A stretch of DNA of 64,000 nucleotides, taken from assembly GCA_043228905.1 (NCBI GenBank), contig JBHGNT010000017.1, positions 12,152,001 to 12,216,000 on the forward strand. Direction: 5' to 3'. Origin of the DNA: Azolla caroliniana. Its lineage: Eukaryota > Plantae > Polypodiophyta. The position numbers and the translations under genes are program-made. The notes beneath the pieces are model-generated. The model made no database searches. It was not told the DNA's origin and saw only the letters and a list, made by a program, of their open reading frames with translations. Shown piece by piece: positions 1 to 14,205 of this stretch (position 1 is the stretch's first letter; each line of letters opens with the position of its first letter).

Positions 1-1520
1 GAAGGGACCAGAATTGGTCTACCGGAAGACACTTGGTTATCGGCTGTACATATTTTCTCAATGCCAATTTTCCCTGAAAATGACGCAGTTCCGAACGAAG
101 TGGTATCAAACATCGATGTGCTTCGAGGCATTATTATGAACCAAATTTCATGGCAAAGCGATGATGCCTTAACTGTTATTGTAGACAACTAGGGTTGAGT
201 CGGAGTCGGTTTGTCGAAACATGCTCGTTAGTTGACCAAACCACAAAGCTTCATTTGCCATGTCAAACACGGCTATATATTCGGCTTTAGTGGTTGACAT
301 CACCATGCACTCTTGACATTTAGACTTCCAAGAGATTGCTCCATTGTCAAATTTAAAATAGTATCCGGTTGTCGTTTTTTGGTTGTCTAAGCAACCGACA
401 AAGTCTGAGTCGGTACAACTGACTACCCCCTGAAATCTCATTCGGGCTAAATAGGATGTCATAGTCTTTTGTGCCCACTAGATATCTGAACACATGCTTC
501 ACTATGTTACAATGCACTCGGTCAGGATTGTGCATGAATTTTCTAACGATTCCTACAACATGAGCTAAGTCTAGCGATGTTGCAACCATTGCGTACATCA
601 AGGAGCCGACAACAGGTGCGTATTGGGCCAACTTCATAGTTTCCCCCTCCAGAGCAGATGTTGGGCAATCCTTTTGAGATAGTCGAAGGCTATTTAGAAT
701 TGGGGTCGAAGTAGATTTTGCCGATTGCATCTTGAATTGTTCTAAGACACATCCAATGTAGTCGGCATATGATAGAGATAGTTATCTTTGATTCCGAAAA
801 TGATTAATCTTCATCCCTAAAATGTGTCTTGTTAGACCGAGGTTTTTCATGGCAAACTTCAACTGCACTTGCGGAATGAGTTCGGTGACCTCTCCGGCAT
901 TCCGGTCGAAGAGTAGCATGTCCTCCACGTAAATGATGAGGAACATGGAAGACCCATCTTGAGTTGTTTTGGTGAGAAGGCAATAATACTCATCGCTCTT
1001 TGAGAAGCCGACTCATTGGATGAAGTTGTCAAACTTCGGGTTGCCTACTTGGGGCTATATAAATTCTTCCTGAGTCTGCAGACTACATGTTCTTGACTAG
1101 ATACCACGAAGCCTTTTGTCTGTCCATATAAATCTCCTCCTCTAGGTCACCATGGAGGAAGGCCGTTTTGACATCTAGCTGGATGAGCTCTAAGTCCTCG
1201 GCTGCCAGGATGTTGAGAATGAAGCGAAGGGTGGTCATTTCACCACTAGTGAAAAGATTTTGTCAAAATCGACGGTGTATTCTTGTCGAAACCCTTTTGC
1301 TACTAATCTGGCCTCTAGTTTTGGGTTGGCCGAATCAAACATCTCTTTTAGTCTATAGACCCACTTGCACATAAGAGCATGTCGATTTTTCGGTAGTTCA
1401 AGTAGGTCCCAAGTCCTATTTCTCGAATGGAGTTCATATCTGACTCCATCGCCAGATGCCATGTGGACAAATTGGTTGATGCCGACAGTTCTTCGTATGA
1501 CATTGGCTCACCGAATCTTT
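1..1520 (-). pseudogene. Ty1/copia pol remnant (RT and RNase H), truncated
   Basis: ORFs 1235..1462 (TWDLLELP..CKWVYRLK..ARLVAKGF), 353..730 (VGSLMYAMVATSLD) and 169..462 (DSDFVG..GAISWKSK..STTKAEYIA); many stops and frameshifts. Confidence 0.9.
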
Positions 1521-1986
1521 TGAACAGTATCTCTTCGGAGGCTGCAACAGTCTCATAGATCTATGTGGTAAGACTGAGCTAACCGGATTGTGTTGAGCCA
1601 AAATATTCGGTTGTGCAAAATCAGCTTGAGCCAATTCGGTAGTAGAGGATTTAGCTACCCATGAAGTTGACCTTGTGTTTTGGCCTATGCCTATTGGCCG
1701 TCCAGGATGATTAAGGTATGAAAAGGGCCACGTGGAAAAACCTGGGTCGAAGTGGGACCGGCGGAACAACACAAGAGTAACGTGTAATCATACAAAATAC
1801 CATTTCTTGTATTAAAGAACGTAACCGTCTGTACCCTATAAGAAGGGTTATGGAGTTTTGTAAAAGTTGTTGGAATTTGCATTAGTCGAGTCAGTCTACC
1901 ATTAATCAAATATCTGTTTGGTCCTAATGTGTGTGTTGTTTCCAATACTAAGTTGAGTCGAATAGTTGTATATCACGTTTGCCAGT

Positions 1987-2408
1987 TGTTGAGAGACAAG
2001 CTCAACATTGGGTGCGTAAACGGGTACGTAACCCAGAACGTAGAGTGGGTGCGTAAACCTGTACGCAAAATATGGTTGTGGCGGTATTTAAACTGAAAGG
2101 CCGTTACAACGATATTCCTCGTAAGGAATAATTTTGGGAGTTAGTGTAGAAGGCTCATTTATGAAGAGGTCAAATACTGTCATTACTTGTGTCAACCCGA
2201 TAGTCAAGGCTTGTATAAAAAGTGCTCACTGAGCACGAAATATGTACAGAGAACATACAGAGAATTATTTTGAATATAGTTTGTAGTTTCTCTCTCTCCG
2301 TCTCTCCCTCTCTTTCTCTGTGATTTCCATTGTTCACCGAACTGTCGTACTACCGAACCGTATACTGTGTGTTCTTAGGCATACGCTTCCACACACGTAT
2401 TCTTTTCA
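1987..2408 (+). repeat. 5' LTR of copia element
   Basis: TG...CA ends; roughly 90% match by eye to 14206-14626. Confidence 0.95.
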
Positions 2409-2420
2409 TGGTATCAGAGC
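2409..2420 (+). promoter_or_regulatory. Primer binding site, tRNA-iMet
   Basis: TGGTATCAGAGC directly after the LTR. Confidence 0.95.
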
Positions 2421-2511
2421 GCGAGGGTTGAGACTCCTCTGCAACCGACAAAAAAGCTTGCGATAAAGACAGAGTTAAGTTATTGTTTTTTGGAAAGGTT
2501 AAGACAACAAT

Positions 2512-3666
2512 ATGGATAGAGGAATGGGAAGCTTGCTACCGACTGAGAATCTCGACAAGAGCAACTACGCATCTTGGTCGTACAAGATGCACCAATACCT
2601 GCTTGGTCATGGCTACTGGAGTTATGTCGATGCAGCTAATGATGCAACACCCGAATTGACACACAGAGACTTTTCGTCTTGGGAACAAGCGGCAAGCAGA
2701 CTTCTTTACTACTTCGCATCCTGTGTGAGTGACTAGCTCTCGAGCTGTACATTCGGAATGCTAAGACGCGAAAGGATGCATGGGCGAACCTCAAGAGGAT
2801 TTTCACCACTAACACAACGACCAGGAAGTTGTAGCTAAAGCAGGAGCTCAGCAATGTTCGAGAGAAAGATCTGTCAGTGGCCGATTAAACAGCCCGAATC
2901 AAGGAGATCTACGACTCTCTCGCCTCCGTCAACGGGAATGTTGAGGAGGACGAAATGGTGGAGGTATACCTTGGTGGGTTAGCATCAAAGTTCGGAGCGT
3001 TCCAGACGGCGGTCTGCACAAGGGAGATTACGCCTTTGTTCTTCGACCTTCAGTCAATGTTGCTCGTGGAGGAAAATCATGCGTATGCATCAACGAGTAT
3101 GCACACCGATAGCAAGATGTTATACACGGAGGAAGATAGGCCCCGTAGTCGTGGCAGACGACGTGGATAAGCGCGCAATGGAGGCGGCCGAAAAGAGCAG
3201 AACGTGCAGCATAATCAAAATTCCGGAAGCAGGGGGAGTCACAACGGTGCCAGAATCTGACAAGAGAAGGTCGTGATGGAATGCTGGTACTCTGGCAAGA
3301 AAGGCCATAGGGAGAGCGAGTGTTGAAAGAAGAGAGCCGATTCAGACAAAACCGAATCAAGCAGAAGAGACGTAGGAAGGTGTCAGAAATCGCACTATGT
3401 TGATGGCTCTGAATGAGCTGGAAATGGATCGGGCCCAGCCTTCATGATGAAGCACAAGACCAATTTGATGGCCGTGAATACCTCGAAATCGAGCGAGGTG
3501 TGGTATGTTGATTCCGGAGTCATGAGGAATGGTTCTCGTACTTGGAGAAACTGGAAAAAGGAGTGGTCGAAACGGGAGATGACACTCTGCATACCATCGA
3601 ACATGTCGGAGAAGTTCCTCTCAGCCACGTCGGGTAGAAAGGGAAACTTATGAACGTGTTGCACGT
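2512..3666 (+). pseudogene. copia gag and protease (decayed)
   Basis: LDKSNYASWSYKMHQYL; decayed zinc knuckle near 3280-3325; protease motif WYVDSG; reading continues as LHV|PTITKNL at 10671 once the nested element is removed. Confidence 0.9.
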
Positions 3667-4324
3667 TGTCGTGGAGAAAACTGCCCCTAGGCGGAAACTG
3701 GGTATAACGTGTGTAAACCGGCCCTTACATGTGGGCACAAGTTTTGTTGTATAGTACGTAGGTAGGTACAAGTCGGCTGAGGTGAAATCCTAGGTAGCAC
3801 GCATTTATTAGGGAGAAAATCGAGGCGTATCCCTGTCGGAAAGGACAGGGAATAAACATGATGTAACGGGTGGAAACGGCCTCCCTCGGGTTATAAAAGA
3901 GAGGGAGAGGTATTGTAAATATATAGCGTTTTGTGGAGGATGAAGTGCTGCCGGATTGGAACTGAGCTCTTCTCCTCTGTCTTCTCCATAGTCGTTCTGT
4001 GCAAGTTTTCGGGAGGCTGAATTTGCTCCGCGGAACACCCGAGTGCTTCTGGTAGAGTCTTCATCTCGCGTTCTGTGTGTGTGTGCAGGCGTCGGAGCCT
4101 ATCACTCGCCGGCTAGCCGGTTGTAACTCCTCGATTTATATATACATATACATTTGTTCTGTCTCCATTGTTCAGAGTTCATTGCAACTCCTGTGAATCT
4201 GTGTGTTTGTGCGCGTGTGAAGTACATCAGTAGTTTCCTTCCCCTCCTCTCATTCAGTTATTTCTCGGTCCAAGGCCCCCATGGTTCCACCTCATTCTCG
4301 ACGCACGCGCATAACAATGCGACA
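3667..4324 (+). repeat. 5' LTR of nested gypsy
   Basis: Direct repeat of 10006-10666. Confidence 0.95.
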
Positions 4325-4328
4325 TATT

Positions 4329-4346
4329 TGGTGAACCCAACATGAA
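4329..4346 (+). promoter_or_regulatory. Primer binding site, tRNA-Trp
   Basis: TGGTGAACCCAACATGAA versus the plant tRNA-Trp complement TGGTGAACCCGACGTGAA as recalled (two CpG-type mismatches). Confidence 0.8.
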
Positions 4347-6497
4347 CAAGTGGCAGAGGAATAGAAAGATGAGGGGGTCGGATCTTGCAGAAGCCATGGC
4401 TTCGGCTATAGATCGGATAGTGAGTGCGCGCGAAGGCACAAGCGCCCTCGATAGGGCTATTGAAGCAATCGTCGACACGATAGGCCGGTTCGGTGGGAAG
4501 GACGCCACAAGCTATTTGGAGGCTTACCGAGCCGAAATGGTGATGAGGGACATCCCGGAGGACAAGCGACTAGCCAGATTCCCTCGGGTGGCGATGTCGA
4601 GCATCCACGCGGAGGTGCTTGAGGTACGAGCTGAGAGTCGGACATGGGAAGAGTTTGAAGGTTGGCTCCTTGAAAAATACGGGCTTGATGACGCGCTTCG
4701 GCTATCGAAGCGCGACTTCATGGAATGGGTGGAGACCCCCGAAAAGGGGAGAAATGCATTGGTGCTCCTTCAGGAGTTTGAAGAACGCTTTGCACATCTT
4801 TCGGCGCTGGACTGGACCGTACTGGACACAAGTCATGTCTTATTGTTCGTTAAATCGGTGGACGTAAGGGACCGGGAGGAAGTGGGCTTCCTGCTAGAGA
4901 TCGATGATGGCCTAACAACAAATTGCGCCGTGGTAAAGAGAGTCTGCGGCCGTTTTGACAAACGGTGTGAGTGTGTCGATATAGGCTTGACGAGGGCGGG
5001 TTCTGTTGCGACAAGGAAGGTTGAGGTTCCCCCACCGGCGCGAAGGGAAGAGACCCGAGACTGGCTCGAGACCGGCTAGACTTCAACCAGCATGGTCAAA
5101 GGCTCGTCCGGAGGAGTGGTTTTGGAGGAGCTGACTCGGATGGTGAGGGACCTCCAAATTGCACAAGCATGGAGGGACGGCGGCGAACAAGTCCGTGACC
5201 GAAGGCCTCCGGCTGGGAACCGGTGCTTGTGGTGCGATGCGGTCGGCCACGCCCGAAAGGACTGTAGGGACTTCGCCGAAGCAATAAGAGCTAACGTGTT
5301 GTACCTATGGAACGGTCGGATGCATGCTAGCGAGACCCAAAGGGCCCTCGATCTGAATGTCGGACGAGGGGGTATGAAACGGCTAATGGAAGAAGCGGTG
5401 GCTCGCCACGCGGAGACCGTCCACTACTCGGCGTCACCTGGAATCCGGGTCGGAAGTGATGAAGTCTGGAAGATGAAGGAAGCCATTGATTTTGGTCGTT
5501 GATGCTGGAAGGCCTCACCAGCGTATGGCTGAGGAAAGAGGAAGCGGACTGGGTGGAAAGACGAGTCTGGGAGGCAACTGGGTGGAGTGACCCGGTCGAA
5601 GAGAAGACGGCCTTCGTTGAAGCCGCTTGCCAAAACTACATGGTTCTTGTGGAGGATAAGCGTGCAGGTAAGACCGGAGGGGCCGGACCCTCACAACGGT
5701 ATGAGACCTGGTTCAGGCAAAAGCAAGATGATGCCGGTGCGACTGGCGCACCAGATAAAGCCAAGAGGGTCGGGTACCGATTGAGCACGGAGATCGAGAG
5801 GACCACGAACCTACGAAAGGTCCTCGAGGAACGTATCCTCGACAACAAAGTGGAGCTATCACTGAGGGAAGTGGTCTGAATCTCCAAGAAGGAGTTCCAC
5901 GATTCCATCATGGACTTGGTGAAGCGGAAAAGGCTTTCGACAAAGCCAGAGCCGGAGAAGCCAGTGGAGGTGCGAACGATGCACCTAGAAAACATGGCTC
6001 TAGAAGACGAGTTGGTGGAGAGCCACTATTCAAGGCCACATTAGGCTAGAGCAACCACTGAGACCCCAGTTAAGATCGGAGATGTTCAGGAGTCGGTGGT
6101 GGCCCTGGTGGACCACGGTTTAGAAATCAACTTGATGTCCATGGACTTCTACAAGAAGGGGAAGTGGCCGATCAACACCAAGCACGGGTGGAAAATTCGG
6201 GCAACAACGCGCGCCACGAAAGAGTTGCATGGAGCCTGCCCGAATGTACGAGTGAAAATCGGTGATGTCGAGATTGATCAACACTTCTTTGTGCAGGGGA
6301 CGTCCTCGCATCCGGTTATACTCGGGGAACCGTACATCACGGCGGCACGGATGGAGACAAAGGTGTTGGACAATGGTTCGGCATATGCACGAGTCCAAAG
6401 CAAGGATGGGCGTCACTCAGTCCAGTTCCTGACGGTGCGACCGAACCATGAGCATAACCGCAAGACCCTTGGTGGCGAAAACCAAGGGGATTTTTAG
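4342..6497 (+). pseudogene. gypsy gag (CCHC knuckle) and aspartic protease
   Basis: CLWCDAVGHARKDC; ALVDHGLEINLM...VILGEP; in-frame stops. Confidence 0.88.
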
Positions 6498-6799
6498 AGA
6501 GGGCTATCAAGGCGTGGGGCCGCGATAGTCCGGACACCCCGGAAAAACCCCACAGATGTACTATAGGCAAAAAGACATGTACCATAGGTAGGAAATTTTG
6601 TTTCTCCGATAGCGGAGGTTGTACGATAGCCAGCGTAGTTGGCCGGGAAAAGAAGCGGGCGGAGGAGCGACTTCGGTCATGCGGAGTCCTCGTCCCTGAA
6701 GAGGAAATCAACGGAGCCATGGAGGCGGTCTATTTTGACGACACCTTACGAAAGTTACGGGAGGTGTTCGGAGAAGGATCGGACAATTCCGGTATGTTC

Positions 6800-9700
6800 C
6801 GAAAATATGTACGAAGTCATCGGCAACTTCGGTAATGGATTCGAGTTAGATCGAATGACTCGAGTTGATACGAGGTACAAGACTGTGGACTGGAAGGTGA
6901 GGCCAGTCGCGGCACCCTTGCCAGAGGTCAGCGAGTTACGTATAAAGGGGGTCACGTCAGACCCAAGTTTACGAGATCCGGCCAACATAGGACACACGTT
7001 CACAGACATAACGCTACGGGAGCTCAACATTGGTGGGGGTGGCTTTCTATTGCCAGTGGAAGAGGACCAGTTTCGGAGAATGCTCGGGAGGCACAGGAAG
7101 GCTTTCACATTCTCACCGGAGTAGATCGGGTGTGTAGACCCGACGGTTGTGGAACCAATGGTGATCTTCACGGTATCGCATGTGCCATGGAATCTCAAAC
7201 CGATTCTGGTACCCAGAGCTCACATCTCGAAATTGATGGAGCTACTGAAAAAGAAGGTGGAGATGGGCATCCTCGAACCATCGTGTGCCCCATATTTGAA
7301 TCGATGGTTTACCGTGCCAAATAAGGACAACACACTGTGCTTCATACAGGACCTGCAGCCGGTCAACAAGGTGACCATTCAAAACGAAGGTATCGGACCG
7401 ACCATTGATGAATTCGCGGAGGCCTTCACTGGCAGGTCGATCTACTCGGTCTGGGATCTGTACTCAGGGTATGATCAGTTCCAGCTAGCCGTAGAGAGCA
7501 GGGGTGTCACGACGATGCAGACTCCTGTCAACCTAGTTCGGATGTGTACCCTACCGCAAAGGGGAACTAACTCGGTGGCACACATGGTGAATTCAATGAA
7601 CAAGGTGTTGAGGGACTGCATCTCGGACATCACCATGCCGTTTCTGGATGACATCCCGATCAAAGGATGTCCGTTGGAGGCCAAGGACGAGTCGATCGGG
7701 CCTGATGGTTGCCGGAGGTTCGTGATGGATCACATCCGCGACTACGAGAAGGTGCTACAAAGACTCGGGAGAGCGCGGCTCACCTTCTCTGGAGAAAAAT
7801 CAGCCTTCGGACAACCGGAGATCCTAGTAGTCGGACACCTGTGCGGGCCTTACGGCCGGAAGCCGTCCCTAGCGAAGGTTGAAGCCATCTCCGTGATGAA
7901 GGATTATTGTTGGTCAGTCACGGAGGTCCGAAGGATCCTGGGGGCATGTGCGTTCTATCACATCTGGATTCCTCACTACACGCATGTCGCGGAACCGCTT
8001 TACGGGTTATTAAAGAAAGGGCGCCGGTTCGAATGGAGGACGGAGCACACGGAGTTGGTCCGAAGACTGAAGGAGGCGCTCGCTACGGCACGGGCTCTCC
8101 GGAAAGCGGTTTACGGCAAGGAAGTCCCCATTTATGTAACGGTGGATAGAAGCCCGACCGGGATCGGGTGGGTGATCAATCAGGAAGACGAATACGGCGT
8201 ACGGTTCCCGATCCGATTCAGGGCAAAGGTACTGAGCGAGTGGTAGTGAGGATACGCCCAAATCAAGCGCGAGCTATGGGGTATCGTTTCGGCAGTCAAG
8301 GCCGACAAGGACTATCTGATCGGGACGAAAGTGATCATCGAGACGAACTGCCTATCGATTCTGGGTATGGTTTCCGGATGCGCGACTCCGGACCTGGCGA
8401 TGCTCAGGTGGATCGTGTACATCAAGTCCCTGAATCCGGAGATACGGTACATCTCTGGAAAGGATAACGCCATGGCCGATATGCTTTCAAGGGCGTGGTT
8501 CAACGATGAGGATGGCATGGTTTCAGATAACGAAGAAGTCGGCGGGGATTTTTTCGGGTCAGCTAATGTGGCAATTGGAACGGGGAGCACTCCGGCGCTT
8601 AACGAATTCGACGAGAGCAAGTACGACGGGGAGTGGCTCCAGATCGGCGGGTTCCTAAAGACAATGACACCAAACGCGGTGTGGACGAAGGAAGAGACCA
8701 ACCGGATTCGGAAGAAAGCGTACTGATTCTTCCTACGGGATAGGAGCATATGGAAGCACCCAAAGAAGAGAAATGACATCCCGCTCCGAGTGGTGGCGAA
8801 GAAAGAGGAACAGGAAGATTTGCTGACGGCATACCACGAGAGTCCCTGGGCTGGACACAGCGGGACGTGGGTCACATTCGAGAAGCTAAAGGGGAAGTAC
8901 TGGTGGCCGGGACTATACCAGGACGTGCATCGGTTCGTGACATAGTCCGACATCGGGACGAGCTTCACCCGATCTACCCTCTGACCGTCCACTTCAAGTG
9001 GATGGTGGATTTGGTGACGATGTCGATGGGGGTAGGGCAGATGCGGTATCTGGTGCTAGCTCGGGAGGACCTAACGAACCAGGTGGAAGGCCGAGCGTTA
9101 CAGAAAAAAACGACCACGGCCATGTGCTGATTTTTTATCAAAGAAGTGGTATGCCGGTACGTGTGCATAGTTAAAATCATGGCCGACCACGGAGAATTGG
9201 ATGCGCAAGAGGCAGAAGAGTTGTTTGACCGGCTAGGGATTAAACTCTCGCTCACCGCAACGTACAATCCGGAGGCTAACGGGAAGGTGGAACGCGGACA
9301 CGGGCCGATCGTCAAAGCGTTACTACGGGCGTGTGGAGGCCATGTCGGGAACTGGCCGCGACTCTTACCGTATGCGTTGTAGGCGGACCGAACTCCGCAC
9401 AGTTCGGTAATCGGGTTCATGCCGGCAGAGCTAATGTACGGGCAGAAGCCGATCATGCCAACGGAGCAGACAATCTCCTCGTGGGCCATGGTAGACTGGA
9501 AAGACGAGATGAGCCGGGAGGAGCTGTTCGCGGCACAGATTCGGCAGCTGGAGCGAAGACAGGAGGACGTGGACCGAGCTACGGGTGGTGAGGGTAAAGA
9601 ACAAAGGATAGTTCGACCGGACTCACCAACTGAGATCGAACCAGATTGAGGAAGGCGATTGGGTTCTAGTGCATGACAGCAGCCTCGACAACCAGCACAG

Positions 9701-9932
9701 GGCAATAAGGAACTTTGCAAGAAGGTGGTTCAGGCCTTATGTGGTACCAAACACCAACGACAATAGGACCTACCATCTCGCGGAGCTCGACGGGACAAGC
9801 ATGGCAGTACCGGTGGTGGGGAAAAGGATCAAAGCATTCAAAAAGCGGCACGACGCTGAACCGGACCCGGACGACCTGGATAGTGATGATGACCAGCTCG
9901 GAACGGATGTCGATCCGGAAGACAAAGGATAA
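6800..9932 (+). pseudogene. gypsy pol (RT, RNase H, integrase)
   Basis: DLYSGYDQF..LPQ..FLDDI; VTVDRS..ELWGI..DNAMADMLSR; ADHGE..YNPEANGKVERGH. Confidence 0.92.
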
Positions 9933-10005
9933 GCGTGGGCCAGTCTTCTCCGGCAAGAGTCTAATTTTGGCGCATACAGGTGGATGCGTGGTTAGGTGGG
10001 GCAGA

Positions 10006-10666
10006 TGTCGTGGAGAAAACCGTCCCTAGGTGGAAACCGGGTATAACGTGCGGAAACCGTCCCTTACACGTTGGCACAAGTTTTGTTGTATAGTACGTAG
10101 GTAGGTACAAGTCGGCTGAGGTGAAATCCTAGGTAGTAGGAATTCATTAGGGAGAAAATCGAGGCATATCCCTATTCGAAAGGACAAGGAATAAACATGA
10201 TGTAACGGGTGGAAACGGCCTCCCTCCTTGGGCTATAAAAGAGAGGGAGAGGTATTGTAAATATATCGCGTTCTGTGGAGGACAAAGTGATGCCAGGTTG
10301 GAACTGAGCTCTTCTCCTCTGTCTTCTCCATAGTCGTTCTGTGCAGGTTTTCGGGAGGTTGACTCTGCTCCGCGGAACGCCTGAGTGCTTCCGGTAGAGT
10401 CTCCATCTCACGTTCTGTGTGTGTGTGCAGGTGTCGGAGCCTAGCACTTGCCATCTTGCCGGTTGTAACTCCTCGATTTATATATACATATACATTCGTT
10501 CTATCTCCATTGTTCAGAGTTAGTTGCAACTCCTGTGAATCTGTGTGTTTGTGCGTGTGTGAAGTACATCAATAGTTTCCTTCCCCTCCTCTCATTCGGT
10601 TATTTCTTGGTCCAAGGCCCCAGTGGTCCCGCCTCGCTCTCCACGCACGCGCGTAACAATGTGACA
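10006..10666 (+). repeat. 3' LTR of nested gypsy
   Basis: Follows purine-rich AGGTGGGGCAGA; matches the 5' LTR. Confidence 0.95.
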
Positions 10667-10670
10667 ACGT

Positions 10671-13600
10671 CCCGACAATAACCAAGAACCTGGTGTCGGT
10701 TGGAGAGATCATCGACCAGGGGTTGCAAGTTCGATTTACGCATCTCGGGTGCTACGTCGAAGAGGAAGGCCAAGTTATCGCACAAGGGCGCCGTGAAGGG
10801 AGGACGTTCATCCTCGACACCAATCCAACCGAAACTACGTTGTTCGCGAAAGGACAGAAGGTCGAGTCAGACATCGACCTGTGGCACAAGCGGTTTGGCC
10901 ACGTTAACTTCCCATAGCTTCGTGAAATGCAGAGGAAGAACATTGTTTTCAGCTTGCCGAAATTTCGGTGTTGTAATGGCCAAGTTTGCGAAGCTAGTCA
11001 ACCCGGGAAGCAGCACCGACTTCCATTCCCCAATGAGCGTAATCGTAGTCGAAATCCGTTGGACTTGATCCACTTGGATGTGTGGGGACCGGCACAGAAC
11101 GTGAGTCTCGGTGGAAGCTGTTACTTCATAACCTACATGGATGACTTTACTCGGCATACCTGGGCATGCTTGATCACGTAAAAGAGCATAGTCTTCGCGT
11201 GGTTCCTGAAGGTGAAAAATCTTGCAGAAAGAGACGCAAGACGTAAGATCAAGTGCCTACGGTCCGATGGTGGGAAGGAGTACTTCTCCAACAAATTCAC
11301 GAGTTATCTACAAAAGGAAGGAATTCGACGCGAATTCTCGTGTTAATATACATCAGAATAGTACACCATAGCCGAGCAGAAGAATCAGACGATCGAAGAA
11401 GCCGTCAGGGCAATACTTGAGGTGAAGCATATGCCAAAGTTTTACTAGGCTAAAGCCGTAAGGATGGCTGTTTACTTATAAAATCAAACCTCTGCTAATG
11501 GAGGAGTGTCGCCACATGAGTTGTATTACAGCAAGAAGCCGAACTTGGCACACTAGAGGATTTTCGGCAGCATTATGTATGTGCATGTGCCAAAGGAGGA
11601 GAGGAGGAAGCTGGATGTCAAAGCCGAAAAATGCATCTTAGTCGGCTATTCCGATGAGCAAAAGGGGTATAAGTGTTATAACCCCCGAACTAAGGAAGTT
11701 CACATAAGACGAGATGTCGTGTTCGACGAGTCTGCTTCGTGGTACTTGCCTTCACCTCCAATACCTCAATACTCCATTCTAAATTCTGAAGAAGATATAA
11801 GTGATGCTGAGATGCCCCTGCATGATGAGGAAATCGGAGTTCTAATAAAGAGTCCGATCTCATTTCGGCTAAGTGAGCCGAATGAGGAGTTGGGCCGAAA
11901 TGGCCAATCCAATCGAGAAAAGGGGAAGAAGAAAATGTCAGAGTATGATTTCGACAGTGCCGAATCAGATTGGAGCGAATCTGACTTCGTGCCAATCGAG
12001 AAAGAACCTCCATGGAAGGGCTAGAAATCGACCAAATAGGTCGTGAAATTGGGTAATCACGAATTACGCTGATCTACCCACTTGAAAAACCCCGTAAAGA
12101 GGTACGAGTATAATGAATACGTGCCGCACCATTACGCGTACATGACACGAGTGGCGGAAGTGCGTGAGCCGAAGAGCTACGTAGAAGCGACGGAAGATGC
12201 AAACTGGCATGCCGTGATGGAGGAAGAGATGTGTGCTTTAACAGACAATGAGACTTGGGACCTGGTTGACGTACCAAAAGCTGTAAAGCCAATTGGATGT
12301 AGATGGGTGTATAAAGTGAAATACAACACCGACGGCTTCGTCAATCGATATAAGGCCTGGTTGGTTGTGAAAGGCTATGCGCAGAACCACGACGTCGATT
12401 ACAACGAGACCTTCACGCTTGTTGCAAAGATGACTACTGTGCGAGTTCTGTTAGCCGTAGCTGCGACGAAGTGGTGGCATCTACATCAAATGGATGTAAA
12501 GAATGCATTCCTGCAAGGTGATCTTGAGGAACAAGTGTACATGGTAGAGCCTCCCGGATTTCTATCCGAACAGAACACTTCAGCAATCTACCGATTGGAG
12601 AAGGCGCTATACGGCCTTAACCAAGCCCTGCGAGCTTGAAATGCGAAGATTACGCATTGGTTGAGTAGAATGGGGTTTACAATTTCCAAATCGGACTCCT
12701 CATTGTTCATTCGGCAAGGTCGACATGGACTGGTTTGTCTTTTGCTTTATGTTGATGATTTAGTCATCACCATTGCCGACCTGGAAGAAATCGTCCGCGG
12801 AAAGTCTCAACTTCTGGCATCATTCGAAATGAAGGATCTTGGCGACCTTCATTACTTCCTCGAGATCGAAGTGATCCGTTCCCCTGAAGGCATATTGATC
12901 AATCAGCGTCATTACGCGCTGAATATGCTCTTCAAGTTCGGGATGGAAGATTGTAAGCCCATCTCGACCCCTCTGGATAGAAACGTGAAACTTCGCCGAG
13001 AGTCGGGAAAGGCGTGCGACCCGACACGGTTTCCACAGATTGTCGGAAGCCTCATCTACTTGACGATCACTCGGCCGGACCTCAGCTATCCGGTCAGAAT
13101 GATCAATCACTTTATGTCGCAACCCACGACCAAAAACCTTTAGTGCGCAAAGGATTTTACAATATGTCTGCGGCACGAAAGACATTGTGTTGTTGTATCG
13201 TGCAGATGTAGCCGAGTAGTCAATCGGCTACACGGATGCCGATTGGGCCAGAAATGCCCATGATCATAGATCCACATCCGGATACACATTCTCATTGGGA
13301 AGTGTGGTGATCGCGTGGAAGCAGCCGATAGTAGCACTGTCGCGCATAGAGGCCGAATATCGAGTAGCGACTGTCGCTACGTGAGAAGTCATTTGGCTAA
13401 AACTACTATTACAGGATTTGCACATAGAGGTGTCCGATCCAACAACGATCTACTGTGACAACCTCAGTAGCATCCATCTTGCGAAGAACCTTGTGTTCCA
13501 CGCCTGGACCAAGGACATTGAGGTGCATTATCACTTTTTCCGCGAGTGTGTCCCTTCTGGTGAGGTCGAACTAGCGTATGTTTCGACGGGTCAACAAGTT

Positions 13601-13855
13601 GCCAACATCTTCACCAAGCCCCTTGGTCTCAACAAGTTATGGCATCTCTCAGGTGAGCTCAGGTTGCGTCACCTCGACACGCCAAAATTGAGGGGGAGAC
13701 AAGAACAGGAACAAGAGCGTGAAAGAGCCGATATTGACCGCGTTTCCGAATCGGATGAAGAATTCAATTTCGGGCAGCTGAAGAAGCCGAAGAAGAAAGT
13801 AGGGTCCGTAATCGAAAGGGAGAGCCAAAGACAACCGAACAAAAGGGAAAAATAG
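10671..13855 (+). pseudogene. copia integrase, RT, RNase H (decayed)
   Basis: LWHKRFGH; IHLDVWGP; QMDVKNAFLQG; LLYVDDL; IYCDNLS..TKDIEVHYHF. Confidence 0.93.
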
Positions 13856-14205
13856 CCAAGAAGGGCATAAAGGCCAAGACCAAGACGTGGTCTGATGTTG
13901 TCAAGGGCCTGGAAACAAAAGACGAATTGGAAACAGCCAATTCGGGCGAAAGAGGAATAAAATCGAAAATGACCGATTTAATCAAAATGTTCAATTCAGA
14001 CATTACGAATCTATTGAGGGCCAAGCGGAGGAAAGGGCAGCAAAAGAGGCGCCAACACCATGACAACAAGGGAGCTGAGAAAGGCCGCGTGAACAGACAA
14101 GCCAACCGGAAGGGTCAAAGCGCGCGAAATCGGAGGGGTCGAGGAGTGCAAGTGGACCATGAGGCCAAGAGAGGCGTGGAACCTCAAGTTAAGCTTGAGG
14201 GGGAG

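Larger units (their letters stand above)
3667..10666 (+). mobile_element. Full-length decayed Ty3/gypsy retrotransposon, tRNA-Trp-primed (Phygy-like), nested in the copia protease region
   Basis: LTRs 3667-4324 and 10006-10666 (TGTCG...GACA); 4-bp TSD ACGT at 3663-3666 and 10667-10670; gag-PR-RT-RH-INT order; no chromodomain seen. Confidence 0.93.
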
